Positions 24,560-37,387 of a stretch of 64,000 nt of DNA are shown in pieces (position 1 is the first letter of the stretch; each line of letters begins with the position of its first letter). Origin of the DNA: Chiloscyllium plagiosum (taxonomy: Eukaryota); the NCBI RefSeq assembly GCF_004010195.1, contig NC_057759.1, forward strand, positions 6,450,368 to 6,514,367, in the 5' to 3' direction. The notes under the pieces are model-generated. The model saw only the letters and a program-made list of their open reading frames with translations. It searched no databases and had not been told where the DNA came from. The translations under genes and the position numbers were made by a program.

Positions 24560-27500
24560 GAGAGTCACACAGCTTTACAGCACAGAAACAGATCCTTTGG
24601 TCCAAGCTGTTATTGCTGTCCAGAGATCCTGATCTGACCTAGTCCCATTTAAATTAAGATCTCATGACACCAGGTTATAGTACAACAGCTTTTATGTGGG
24701 AGAACTATGGCGGAGCAGTGCACTGAAAGCTAGTGCTTTCAAATAAACCTGTTGTCTGAGAAACTGGTGTTGTATGATCCTTAACATTGTCCACCCCAGT
24801 GTAATGCTGGCACCTCAACATCATGGCTAGTCTCATTTGCCAGCATTTGGCGCATATCCCTCTAAACTGTTCCTATTCTTGTACATATCCAGGTGCCTAT
24901 AAAAGGTTGTAATTGTACCCACCACCTCCACTTCCTCTGGTAGCTCATTCCACACAAGCACCACCCTCTATGTGATAAAGTAACCCTTCAGGTCCTTTTT
25001 AAATCCTTTCTACACAATTTAAACCTGTGCCCTCTATTTTTGCACGCATCCATACTCAGAAAAAGACCTTGGCTATCACCCTATCATGCCCCTTGTGATT
25101 TTCACAACCTGTACAAAGGTCACACCTCATTCTCCGACAGTCCAGGGAACAAAGCAACAGCCTGTTCAGCCTTTCGCTATAATTCAAAACCCCCAATCCT
25201 GGCAATGAAGCATACTGATGAGAGTAGAGCAGATGATTTGGTTTACATGTACTTCAGTCAGGCCGTTGTCGAGGCATAACCCCCGACCAGGGATGAAAGA
25301 CTCAGCAGGCAGGCAGTATTCAGGCAAGTGGTAGGTGTTTATTCAACCAGAAACCGGTTAGTGCAGGTAGACGGCCTCTGAGAGGACAAAAGATAGTCCT
25401 CCGAGACTGGCCTCAGAACAGAGGTCTATGACACAGTCTGATTTTACAATAAAAAGCAATATTTTTAATAAACTTTCTGATAACAATCACATACAACTTT
25501 ATTATGATGTTCCTCTCTCCTACTTTGCATATCCTAATCAATGATGGGCATTTCTATGGACTGCCCCAGGATCCCCTGACATCTCAGAGTTTAGCGGAAA
25601 TTGTAATCACTTGGCCTTGTGATCTTTCTATGCATCCTATTCATTTTTATTCCAAAGTTATTTACGATACACCTTCAGGTTTCTCTCAGGCTAGCTTGTC
25701 CCGCAGGACAGTTAAATGTTGTTATACATTGTATTCCATTTTATCAAGTTCAATTGCTCCTCTGATATAATTAGGACAGTGGGGAATATATGAAGAAAAA
25801 ACAAAGGACAGCTTGTTTTGTCTTACTTGCCATAGACTTGTAATTTTAATTTTTATTATAAAAAGTTAGTTACAAAGTGTGAAGTAACTTATTTGCCCCA
25901 ACTGTTAACACTTTGTGATTAATGGATTGTGAGCAATCTATTTTGTTCTGGGAATAAGAGAAGGTGTTACCTAAAGCTAACTAACCTTCACTTCCAGGTT
26001 TAAATGCTTCTTTTCCTATTTATACTTTGGTATTATGCACCTATTTTTTATGCTGAAAACTACTGTGATGATGCTAAGACTCTCAATGAGAATTTTTCGT
26101 AATATTCAAACTTACTTAAAGAAACGGATAACTTTAAGATAACTTTAGCTATTACACCTTCAGCTGTTTTAGGGCATTAATGGGCTGTAACTAGCACCTG
26201 GTGTCTGTTCAGTAACTGGGACAATTACCCTTTCATTTAATGTGGCTGGAGTTACTCATTTAGCGGACCTTCGGTCTGCTTGTCAGAACTGTTTCGAATT
26301 GGAACAGGCTGGGTCCTTGGAGTGGCTTGTTCAATGGTATCATTTTAACTTATTGTGTGAGTGGGCTGTTTAGCTTAGATTCTGCCTGCCATTCTGTTTC
26401 ACAACCTGCTGTTTAATTCTACTTTACACTTATACACCAGTTTGTGTCAACAGACATGGGCTACTCTATCTGGCCTGGTACAGGCCACCCCGACAGCCTT
26501 TGACAAAGTCCCATATAAAATACTGGTCCAAGATTGGCTCTTGGAGTCTTAAGCAAACTGGATCTGAAATTAGCTTGCAGACAGGATGCAAACTATGATG
26601 GTGGAGGGTTGTGTTTGTGATTGGAAGCCTGTGACCAGTGATGTATCACAGGGATCAGTGCTGAGACCCTTGCTGCTTGTTGTGGACATATTAACAATTG
26701 GATGTGAATGTAGCATGTATAATTAGTAAGCCTGCAGATGAAGTTTTCGTGTGGATGTATTAAATGTTTCAGTGTAGCCTTAGAGTGCAAAGGGCCTGTC
26801 CCTATGCTGTATTGTTCTTTGCTCTATGACATGAAAGTTGGCGGTGTTGTTGACAGTGAGGGGGATGGTCTCAGGCTACAGTATGAGGACATTGGGTACT
26901 GCAATGACAGATGGAATTTAATCCTGATAAATGTGAGGTAATGCATTTTGGGTGGTCTAATAAGGGAAAGAATTATACAATGAAGGATTGGTCCCTAGGG
27001 AGTACTGAGGAACAAAAGAACCTTGGTGTCCAAGTCTACATATCCCAGAAGGTGTCAGCACCAGCAGACAAGTTGCTGAAGAAGGTATACAGAATGCTTT
27101 CCTTCAGTACCGGAGCTGTTGAATATAAGAGCGAGGAAGTCTTATTCCACCTTTATAAAACAGATCAAATACTGTGTGCAGTTCTGATTTGTCACAATTC
27201 TAAAGGATGGGATTGACTGCAGCCGATGTAGTGGGTTGGAAAGTTTCCGTCAAAAGGGGAGGTCGTATGAGCTGGGTTTGGTTTCCTTGGAGCTGAGGAG
27301 GTTGAGGGAGGATCTGACTGAGATATACTAAATTGTGGAAGATGTAGGCAGAGTAGATTGTGAGAATCTTTCTCTTTTTGGCTGATGTGTCTGAGACCAG
27401 AGGGCACAAGTTGAAGTTGTGGGGAAAGCAGTTTAGCAGATATCTAAGAAAAATATTTTGATGTAGATGGTGGGTAAAGTTTGTAATATGCTGCCTGAGA

Positions 27501-28050
27501 GTGTGATGGAATACTCTCACAGCATTGAAGCAGCATCTGGATGTGCCATTAAAGAAACCAGGGCATAGTTGGCTGTGGGCCAAGTGCAGGTCAATGGGAT
27601 GAATGCAGTTTGGTGATTGTTGGACATCATGGACATGGTGGACTGAAGGGTCTGTTTCTATGCTGTATGACTCTATAACTATAAAATCCTTTTAAATGTT
27701 TTCTGCACCATCTCAAGTTTAACAACATCCTTCCTGGTGAAGGGTGATATGCACTGTATGACATCCTGACAGCCCAACTCCTGCACTCAATGTTCTAACC
27801 AATAAAGACAAGTATGCCCAATGCCTTCTTCACCGCCCTGTCCACTGGTGACTCTATTTTCAAGAAAATATGCACCTGCACTCCTCGGTCTCATTGTTCA
27901 GCAACGATCCCCAAGACCCCACTATCAAGTGTACAAGTCCTGCCCTGGTTTGTCTTATCAAAATCTAACACCTCACATGTATCCAAACTAAACTATCTGC
28001 CACTTCTTGGGCCCACTGACCCACCCGATCAAGGTCAGAATTAGTATTTC
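24560..28050. mobile_element. Cluster of CR1 fragments, with a small PLE family A palindrome (~24655-24830) and an LTR insertion
   Basis: MEFNPDKCEVMHFG and LVYMYFSQA/FDKVP RT motifs; opposite-strand CR1 pieces at ~24560-25200 and 27680-28030. Confidence 0.7.
25267..26495 (-). mobile_element. 1.23-kb solo LTR-like insertion splitting a CR1 RT motif
   Basis: tgtcgagg ... ccccgaca termini, 5-bp flanks gccgt/gcctt, CR1 'ttcagtcaggcc|tttgacaaagtccc' interrupted; minus-strand AATAAA at ~25340. Confidence 0.75.
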
Positions 28051-28329
28051 TTTCTCAGTGCACAGTGATATAATTATTTGAAGACTGTTGAAGTAAAGGT
28101 AGGTGTTAATTATCCTGGTCTGTATTGTGATGATGCTCACCATCATTGGGACACAATATGTGGCTCTACGGAGAGGAGGAGTAAGGGAGAAGGACTTTGA
28201 TTTTCTCTCAAGCAGTGGAGGAAAGTGCAACAGTCAAACTAAGATCTTTGAAGAATGAAACTGTTGAATTCTTCTCGCAAAAAGATAAAATGAGCACCTC
28301 CAGTAAGCTCCCTTATCCTGTGAGAAGTT

Positions 28330-31300
28330 ACAGGGAGATAGTCACACCTTGGGGACAAGAAAATGGCCAATGGGTCACAGTCAGGGGACTGAAAGGGAAC
28401 TAGCAGACAGCACAGGGATCCCCTGTTGCCATTCTCCTTAACAACAAGATACCGTTTCAAATAGTATTGGTTTGGGGCAGACTTACCAGTAAGTCTCTGG
28501 CACACAGTCTGTCCCTGTTGCTTAGATGTGAAGTGGGGAGAGGAACAGCGCATTAGTCATTGGGTTCTCCATAGTTAAAGGGACAGATATGATGTTCTGT
28601 GGGAAAGAGAGAGATTCACGGTCGGAGTATTGCCTCCCAGGTGCCAGGGTTCATGATGTCACAGATCGTGTTTTTGGGATCCTTGAGGAGGAGCGGGAGC
28701 TGCCCAAGTCATGGTCCACATAGGCACTAACAACATAAGTAGGACAACGGATGCGGATTTAAGGCAGAAAGTCAGGGAGCTAGGGTAGAAGCTTGGAGCT
28801 AGAACAAGCAGAGTTGTTAACTCTGGCTAGTGCCCATGCCACATGCTAGCAAGGCGAAGAATCGGGAGAGAGGATTTCAACATGTACCTAAAGGGATGGG
28901 GTGGGAGGGAGAGTTTTGGATCCCTGAGGAAAAAGGGACCTTTGGGTAGGTGGGACTTCTACAAACATGATGGTCTACACCTGAAGCAGAGAGGTACCAA
29001 TATCCTGGGGGAAGTTTGCTAATGCTCTTCAGGGGGGTTTAAACAAATTCAATAGGGGGATGGGAACCTAAATTGTAGTTCCTGTGTCCAAAGTTGAGCG
29101 TAGTGAGATCAGAAATATGGTTTCAATGTTACAGGAGTGCACCAGCAAACAGGAAGGTGGTTTGAAGTGTGTCTACTTCAATGCCAGGAGCATGCAGAAT
29201 AAACTGGGTGAACTTGCAGCATGGGTTGCTATCTGGGACTTTGAGGTTGTCGCCATTTCGGACACATGGATCAAGCAGGGACAGGAATGGTTGTCATAGG
29301 TTCTGGGATTTGGATGTTTCTGTATGGACAGAGAAGATGGCAAAAGAAGGGGAGGTAGGGCATTGTTAGTTAAGGACAGTATTACGGCGGCAGAAAGGAT
29401 GCATGAGGACTTGTCTAATGAGGTAATATTGGCTGAGGTGAGAAACAGGAAAGGAGAGGTCACTCTGTTGGGAGTTTTTTATAAGCCTCAGAATAGTTCC
29501 AGAGATGTAGAGGAAAGGATTGTAAAGATGATTCTGGAATAAGAGTCAATGTAACAGGGTAGTTGTTCTGGGAGACTTTAAATTTTCAAAATATTGACTG
29601 AAAATGGGTCAGTTTTTGTCCAATGTGTGCAGAAGGGTTTCCTGACACAGTGTGTAGACAGGCCAACCAGGTGCGAGGCAACAATGGATTTGGGACTGGG
29701 TAATGAACCCGGCCAGATGTTCGATTTGGAGGCAGGTGAGCATTTTGGTGAGCGTGACCACAATTTAGTTATGTTTACTTTAGCGAAGGAAAGGGATAGG
29801 TATATACCACAGGGCAAGATTCATAACTGGGGGAAAAAGCCATTATGGTGCGAGTGGGCAAGATTTATGATGCATAGGATGGGAAAGGAAACCGCAGGGG
29901 ATGGCACAATTGAAATGTGGAGCTTATTCAAGGAACAGCTACAGTGTGTCCTTGATTAGCGTGAATCTGTCAGGCAGGGAGGACGTGGACGAGTGAGGCA
30001 GCCTTCGTTTACTAAGGAAGTTGATCTCTTGTCAAGAGGAAGAAGAAGGCTATGTTACGATGAGACGTGAAGGCACAGCAAAGGTGCTTGAGAGTTACAA
30101 GATAGCCAGGAAAGACCGAAAGAGAAACTAAGAAGAGCCAGGAGGGGACANNNNNNNNNNNNNNNNNNNNNNNNNNNNNNNNNNNNNNNNNNNNNNNNNN
30201 NNNNNNNNNNNNNNNNNNNNNNNNNNNNNNNNNNNNNNNNNNNNNNNNNNNNNNNNNNNNNNNNNNNNNNNNNNNNNNNNNNNNNNNNNNNNNNNNNNNN
30301 NNNNNNNNNNNNNNNNNNNNNNNNNNNNNNNNNNNNNNNNNNNNNNNNNNNNNNNNNNNNNNNNNNNNNNNNNNNNNNNNNNNNNNNNNNNNNNNNNNNN
30401 NNNNNNNNNNNNNNNNNNNNNNNNNNNNNNNNNNNNNNNNNNNNNNNNNNNNNNNNNNNNNNNNNNNNNNNNNNNNNNNNNNNNNNNNNNNNNNNNNNNN
30501 NNNNNNNNNNNNNNNNNNNNNNNNNNNNNNNNNNNNNNNNNNNNNNNNNNNNNNNNNNNNNNNNNNNNNNNNNNNNNNNNNNNNNNNNNNNNNNNNNNNN
30601 NNNNNNNNNNNNNNNNNNNNNNNNNNNNNNNNNNNNNNNNNNNNNNNNNNCCTGTGACAAGTGATGTGCTACAAGGATCACTGCTGAGTCCACTGCTTTT
30701 CATCATTTATATAAATTATTTTAGTTAAAAAAATGACAGAACATGAACAGGTTTATTCCAAAAGGTTTATTTAGAAGTACAAACTTTCAGAGTGCTGCTC
30801 CTCCATCAGGTGTCTGTATTTAGAAAGCTTGTCCTTCCAAATAAACCTGTTGGAGTATAACCTGGGTGTTGTGTCATTTTTAACTTTGCACACCCTAGTA
30901 CAGCACCTGCACTTCCACATTATTATGAATGATTTCGATGTGAGGTTGCAGTTATTGTTAGTAAGTTTGCAGATTACACAAAAATTATAGGTGTACTAAA
31001 TTGCAAAGAAGGCTACTTCAGAATACAGCAGGATCTCGATCAGATGGGCCACTGGATCCAGGGGTGGCATATTGAGTTCAATTTAAATCGATATGAGGTG
31101 CTGCAATTTGGAAAGGCAAATCAGGGCAGGACTTACACACTTAATATTAAGGTCCTGTGGAGTGTTGCTGAACAAACAGACGTTGGAATGCAGGTTCGTT
31201 TTTGCTTGAACGTCGAGTTATAGTTAGATAGGATAGCAAAGAAGGCATTTGATATGTTTTACTGGTCAGAGCTCTGCTTATGTGACTTAGGAGAACATGT

Positions 31301-31400
31301 TATGGGTGTACAGAACATTGGTAATGCCACTTTTGGAATATTATGTGCAATTCTGGTCTCTCTACTATAAAAAGAATGTTGTGAAACTTGAAATGACTAT
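28330..31400 (+). mobile_element. Long decayed CR1 LINE (ORF1 esterase, APE, RT remnants) spanning the gap
   Basis: IGFSIVKGTD (GDSL-like ORF1), LKCVYFNARS and LLGVFYKP (APE), agtttgcagattacac (RT FADD region); PLE family A palindrome inserted at ~30726-30925. Confidence 0.85.
30151..30650. other. Assembly gap (500 N)
   Basis: Run of N. Confidence 1.
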
Positions 31401-32402
31401 TTAAGATAGTTTTTGGTCCGAAGACAAGGCCTACAATTTGGGAAGAAATATAGCAAGACAGGAAAGCTGCAAACAGATCCAAATTCAGCAAATGACAGCG
31501 AAAAGGGATTTAACTAACAAAGAACAAATGAAAAAAAAAGAGTAATGTTGTGGAAACCATTCGAAAAAACTGCTAAAACACTAATAAATGTGTAAAGAGA
31601 GAAATGAACATTAATAGGTTGGCAAAGAGGACCATATGCCACTTACAACATTAAAGAAGGGAGTTCAAAATGGGTAACAAAAATGTCTCAAAAATCATTA
31701 ACATACTATTGTTCTCTGTCCACAAATGTTAACGCAACTAACAAAGTAGTGATATTGAAGAGTTTAGTGAGAGGGAAGAACTGAACTAAATCAGTATTAT
31801 TTGGGAAATGATGTTGGGACATTGGACAGGATTGAAGGTTGTGAAACACCAGTCCTTGATCATCTACATCCCAGAGTATTTAATGTAGTGGGCTGAGTAA
31901 TAGTGGGTTCAGTGATGGTCATGTTCCAAGATTCTATAAGCTCTGCAATAATTTACACAGATTGGGGGCTAGGTAGTGTAAGCAATCCAATGGAAAAGGG
32001 AGTTAGATATAAAATTGTGAACTATAGACCAGTCAGCCTGCAGGGAAAAAATCAAAATGAAAGCTTCAATTGCGAAGCATTTGACAAAACAGTATTCAGG
32101 ATCTGCTAGAATCAGCATGGACATGAAGGGCCTGTTCCAGTGCACACTGTTCTGTCTTCTAAGCTTGACAAACTGACTGACCATCTTTGAGGATGTAAAC
32201 AGTAGAGCTGATGAGAGTATAACAGTTACTGAGGAGAAAAAACTACAACTAACTCCCTGGACACCGCAGCAAAGGCTGAAAGGAGGAGACATTCTATCCC
32301 TCCACACTTACATTTGGTGATATTTCTGGCGTGTGACTGTGTGAATGTGAATATTGTGTCAGAGAGGCTGTCAGAAAAGGGCGGACGGTTAGTCGAACGT
32401 AA

Positions 32403-32800
32403 CTGTGTTTGTGTGTCCGCGAATATTATGATATTTCTGGGTCTCTCTGGTGAAAATCAAAAACATTTTCAATTCAACCTATTCCCCGGCTCCCCCACTC
32501 GACCCCAAAGGTAGAATTTAAGACAATATATTTGTTGATTTCAAGATTTCAGTCTAAAAGTACCGACAATGTCAGCGCTCAGCTCAAAGAGCTCGATCTA
32601 TGCGGCAGCAAAATGCGTTTAACTCGACAGCGGAGCCATCTATTCGAGTGAAAACATTTCAGTCGCAACCCTTCCCTTGTCTGGATCAGGAGCGATCGAG
32701 CCTGGTTCACTGGAGATGCGGAATTTCAGAGGAATCGGAGAGTTTAGGCCTTTAGAGAAACACAGAAAGGCAGCAGGAGCAGGGAGCTGACGGCGGGTTG
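32403..32800 (+). promoter_or_regulatory. H1 promoter: TG-box, H1/AC-box and GC box
   Basis: TGTGTTT 32404-32410, AAACACA 32758-32764, ggcggg ~32793; no clear CCAAT or TATA. Confidence 0.75.
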
Positions 32801-32912
32801 TCCCTGCGCCGTCCGCTCGCTGCCTTGAAGTTGCTCAGTGCCGCCCCCAGCAGCTTCATTGCTGACCCAGTTCAGACTGTCCCAGAAAGAGATTCAGCGC
32901 AGAGTTCTCAAC

Positions 32913-33587
32913 AGGAGCGACAGTGCAGCCGCCGAAACGGCCCCTCCAGCCGCCGCTCCCACCAAAACCAAGGCTCCCAAGAAGAAGGCGGCGGCTCCCA
33001 GGAAAAAAACACCCGGTCCCGGGTTGGGAGAGCTGATTCTGAAGGTTGTCGGGGATATCAAGGACCGCAAAGGGACGTCTCTGTCCGCTGTAAAGAAGGG
33101 GCTGGAGAGAAGCGGGATCGATGTGGGAAAGCGAAAGGCACAGATCAAGATGAGTATCAGGAGGTGCCTGGCGAACGGCTCCCTTGTTCTGGTCAAGGGC
33201 CATGGCGTCTCCGGCTCCTTCAAACTCCCAAAGAATCCAGTCAAGGCAAAAGCGGGAAAGAAGGCGGGAACATCCGCCAAGAAACCGGCCGTGAAGAAAT
33301 CACCGGCCAAGAAGGTGACAGCAAAGAAATCCCAGACCAAGAAGGCGACAGCAAAGAAATCCCCGGCCAAGAAGGCGACAACCAAGAAGTCCCCAGCCAA
33401 GAAAGCGAGCGGCAAGAAGGCGGCACCGCCAAAGAAAGCGGTGAGCAAAGCAGCGCCAAAGAAACGGACTCCCGTGAAGAAGGTGAAAAAGGCCAAGGGC
33501 CCTAAAACCCCCAAACCCCTCAGCAAACCGGCTAAAAGCAAGGCCAAGCCCAAAGCGAAAGTGACCAACACAGCAGCAAAAAAATGA
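32913..33587 (+). pseudogene. H1: Histone H1, full-length open frame with start codon read as AGG
   Basis: aacAGGagcgacagtgcagccgccgaaacg = (M)SDSAAAETAPP; winged-helix motif LVLVKGHGVSGSFKL; Lys/Ala/Pro CTD; TGA at 33585-33587. Confidence 0.9.
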
Positions 33588-33623
33588 ACCCGTCAGTGTA
33601 ATATGTAACCGTCTGAACCCAAA

Positions 33624-33664
33624 GGCTCTTGTCAGAGCCACCCACATCTCTCAGGAAAGAGCTG
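33624..33664 (+). terminator. H1 stem-loop and HDE
   Basis: CCCAAA-GGCTCTTGTCAGAGCC-ACCCA ... GAAAGAGCTG. Confidence 0.95.
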
Positions 33665-33749
33665 AGCCCGAATCAAATGTTCCGTGTCCCGGTGCCGAGC
33701 GCAGACCTACCTTAGATATTATTTGATCTGAATAACTCAAATACACACA

Positions 33750-34028
33750 CCCGTGAAGAAGGTGAAAAAGACCAAGGGCCCTAAAGCCCCCAAATCCCTC
33801 AGCAAACCGGCTAAAAGCAAGGCCAAGCCCAAAGCGAAAGTGACCAAGACAGCAACAAAGAAATGAACCAGTCGGTGTAACATGTAACCATCTGAACCCA
33901 AAGGCTCTTATCAGAGCCACCCACATCTCTCGGGAAAGAGCTGAGCCCGGTTCCAATGTTACCCGTCCTGCCACCGAGCGCAAATCTTCCTTAGATATTA
34001 ATTGATCTGATTAACTCAAATACACTCA
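33750..34028 (+). repeat. 279-bp tandem duplicate of the H1 3' end with second stop, stem-loop (33903-33918) and HDE
   Basis: Collinear with 33471-33749 at constant offset 279, roughly 10% substitutions. Confidence 0.96.
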
Positions 34029-34333
34029 TGTCATGTTTTACGAGAGCGGAGACCTGTGAATGGGGAGGTATCATATAGGGAGGGTTTATTGATCTCCATC
34101 TGGTTATTTCACTTCGCGACTTAGAACTGTACCCAGTCACGAATGTGACATATTGTAGTGTTTGTATTTCACTGACCCGTTCAGGAATGTTACTTTGTTC
34201 AGTTTTGATTCTGAGACCCTGCGGATGTTTTCATGGCGCGTTCCTTCCATCTGCCTGTTAACAGACAGTTCAGGCAACAATTCCACATTGTCTTCGGGCT
34301 AATTACAATCTCGGGGTTATAAAAAAGATCCAG

Positions 34334-34625
34334 GGGCACCACGTTGGTTCAGTGCTTTGCACTGCTGCCTCACAGCGCCAGGGACGTCTGTGTGGAGTTT
34401 GCACATTCTCCCCGTGTCTGCGTGCGTTTCCTCTGGATGCTCCGATTTCCTCCCACAGTCCAAAGATGTGCATGTCAGGTGAATTGGCTATGGCTAAATT
34501 GCCCATAGTGTTAGGTGGATTAGTCAGGAGTAAATGTAAGGAAAGGGTCTGGGTGGGGTTGCTCTTTGGAGGGTCGGTGTGGACTTGTTGGACCGAAGGG
34601 CCTGTCTCCACACTGTGGGTAATAT
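34334..34625 (+). mobile_element. HE1-like SINE
   Basis: Same head, core and tail as other copies. Confidence 0.85.
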
Positions 34626-35964
34626 AATCATAAAGTGAAATTCTGTCCTTTTATCGGTGTACACTGCATTAGCTTTTAACATGTTTAAATTGGCGGGATT
34701 GTTTCGATTGATTCACGGCGGGTAAACGTTCGGCTGTTCAGTTTGTCTGGGCTGTTTTAAACCCCGCCTTTCCTCCCGCCTATTACAGACAGATCAGGCA
34801 ATGATCCGCCACCTTCAGAATCAGAGAGAGAGAGAGACAGACATACTTTTCAGAGCCACTAAGCCATCCGGGGAAAGCGGGAAGCGATCGCAGTTTTTGG
34901 AACATGGCTTTGAATAATATTAAAGGGGGACGGGCGTCACATTAGTAATGCATTTCAGGGGAGTTAATTGAAGACACAGATCGCACAAACGGCAGTGATT
35001 AGAATATACGCTGTTGTGAATGTTATGTAATTTTCACATGCTTCATTATAGTAGTGCAGTACTAATACCAGATTAAATCCTCCCTTGGTGTTCCCACCAG
35101 ATCTAACTATATGATCATTGCTGAGAAAGCGGGCGGGAAAACATGGCGCCAAATCATCAACCGTTTTCTTCCAGATTTGAAAATCCTGCCAAAATGTAGA
35201 TCAGAGAAGGGAGCTTTACGGAAAACAATGCAAACGTATTTAGTCATTAATTTGCTATTTTTCTTTCGGGTAACGAGACTAGAAGCTATTTGAAGGATTC
35301 AAGATTGTCTTCGGAGGGAATGAATACCCTCATTCAGCCCTGTGAGGATTTCATGAACGTTCTTCGGCGTGAGCGCATTAATAACGAACACCGCCTTTAG
35401 GTTTTATTTTAATACCGTGCTCCCTTATTGCAAAAGCTCCACATTAACAATTCCAGTCCGGCAACTGTTCTGGTTTGATCTCGGTTCGTTTTGAAAGCTT
35501 CTAACCGACAGCAGAAAGCCTCATTTACACTATTCTGCAACACAACAGAACCCGCGTGGAGTTTTGGAAATTAAAAAAATAAATGTGTAATTTATCCACC
35601 CGTGGGTCTGTAAGAAAAGGAGCACTTCGTTAGTTTCCCAGTGGTGACACTCAGGGCTCAGACCTCAACCGGGGCTTGTCGCTCCCAGAATAATCAAATA
35701 TTAGAGAGTGACTTGAGCAAATAGAAAGAAAACAGATTCACTGGTGTTTAATATGCTCCCGAGAGTAAGGGAGAAGAGAGGGCACATTCTCTTCTCTTGA
35801 TGCCAGCGCCAAATCATCAATACCTTTCCTTCCAATTTGAAAAGCCCGCCATTCCACAAATAACGGAGTATGTATTACATAGAAAAATGATGTAATAAAA
35901 AGGAGAACGTTGTTCAGAGGGGAATTCATCAATACTTGTTAATTAGGTTAATTATATATACTTC

Positions 35965-36125
35965 ATTCTGGATCAGTGGTGCTGGAAGAGCACAGCAATT
36001 CAGGCAGCATCCGAGGAGCTTCAAAATCATTTCGAAGCTCCTTGGATGCTGCCTGAATTGCTGTGCTCTTCCAGCACCACTGATCCAGAATCTGGTTTCC
36101 AGCATCTGCAGTCATTGTTTTTACC
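35965..36125. mobile_element. Penelope-derived near-perfect palindrome
   Basis: 35965-36022 pairs with 36034-36091 with 1 mismatch; ttatatatac at 35952 and 36126. Confidence 0.85.
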
Positions 36126-37129
36126 TTATATATACACTTCAGACGATCTCTCTCGCTTATTCATTTGCCGAACTGCATCTATCTCTTTCTACTTTTTTTT
36201 CTCTTTTTTGGACCTAAAGAACTGGCAGAAACAAAAACAAGCGCCAAGAACTGCAATTAATCTCTTCATTTCACATTTTGAAAGCACTCCGATATGTTGA
36301 TAAAACATTACAGACCGTTCTTCCGACTGAGCTCATTAATCGTCTTTAGACAATATTTTAATGTCGCCCAGCCTTTTTGCACTAGTTCTGACATCAGCAA
36401 AAACTCCACATTTGTCATCCCAGTCCTGCAGTTGCTCTGGTTTGATCTCGGTCCATTTTGATAATCTCTCACCGACAGCAGAAAGCCTCATTTACTGTAA
36501 TCTGATATCGGAGAAAACAACGCCAGAGACCCAGGTTCGAGTCTACGAGGCATAGAACTAAAGGCATGGACCGCCAATCGTGAGATGTATCTGCTCCTAG
36601 TAGATTGCTCAAAGACGGAGACACGTTTCTTTTTGGTTTGCCTGGGGAGATATTCACCGTTCATATCCCACCGTGAATGGTGGCTCCGGAACTGACATTT
36701 GAAGTGCTCATCCAAATACTTTTTAAAGGTTAAGGTTTCTGGCCTCCACTACCTTCGCATGCAGTGTCTTCCAGATTTCCACCACTTGCTGAGTGAGAAG
36801 ATTTTTCTGAAATTCCCTCAATATCTTTATATCTAACCCTTCACCACAGCGAGAATCCTTACCCTGACCATATCATTACCCAAGCATCACTTGTGATTGC
36901 TCGCTCAAACAAGGGAAACAGCTTCTCTCTATTCACCCTGTCCCACACGCCTCATAAATCGTTTATACTTCAATCATGTGTTCCCACCGCAGTCATCTCT
37001 GCTCTAGAGAAAACATTCCTTTTTTTGGAAGTAATATTTGTGCTTTAATCCCAATCCCCAATATTGCGCTGGATTTATCACTGCTGCTGTCACAGTCAGT
37101 TTAATGTGTATAATTTATTCCTGCATCCT

Positions 37130-37387
37130 TAGGGGCATGCGCAATGCTGCCCTTCCTCCAAAGCTGACTGTTCCTGAGTAGAGGAGCGCATGCGTGAGGC
37201 CCTCCCCCAGCGCTGCCATTGAGGGGTATTTACTCAGTGAGTGCAAGAGGTTTGTTTGAAACAGACCGCAATGGAGAGATCAGCGCCCAGGGAAGCGAGG
37301 GAACAGCAGGCTCCTTCCAACAGCACATCGGGATGGGAGCCTGGGACACGGAGGGGGCTCCGAGACCGGGATTGATTCGGGGTGAGT
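37130..37387 (+). promoter_or_regulatory. CpG-rich promoter and probable first exon with GT donor
   Basis: NRF1-like GCGCATGCG 37186-37194 and gcatgcgca ~37135, YY1-like GCCATT 37215, donor G|GTGAGT at 37381/37382. Confidence 0.6.

Noticed and set aside
32798-33647. Overlapping alternate-frame and antisense ORFs over H1 (also 17537-18076, 19238-19720, 15614-15997)
   Set aside because: Shadows of GC/Lys-biased histone codons
36515-36560. tRNA-like B-box ggttcgagtc (and SINE heads elsewhere)
   Set aside because: No A-box or cloverleaf; SINE-derived or chance match
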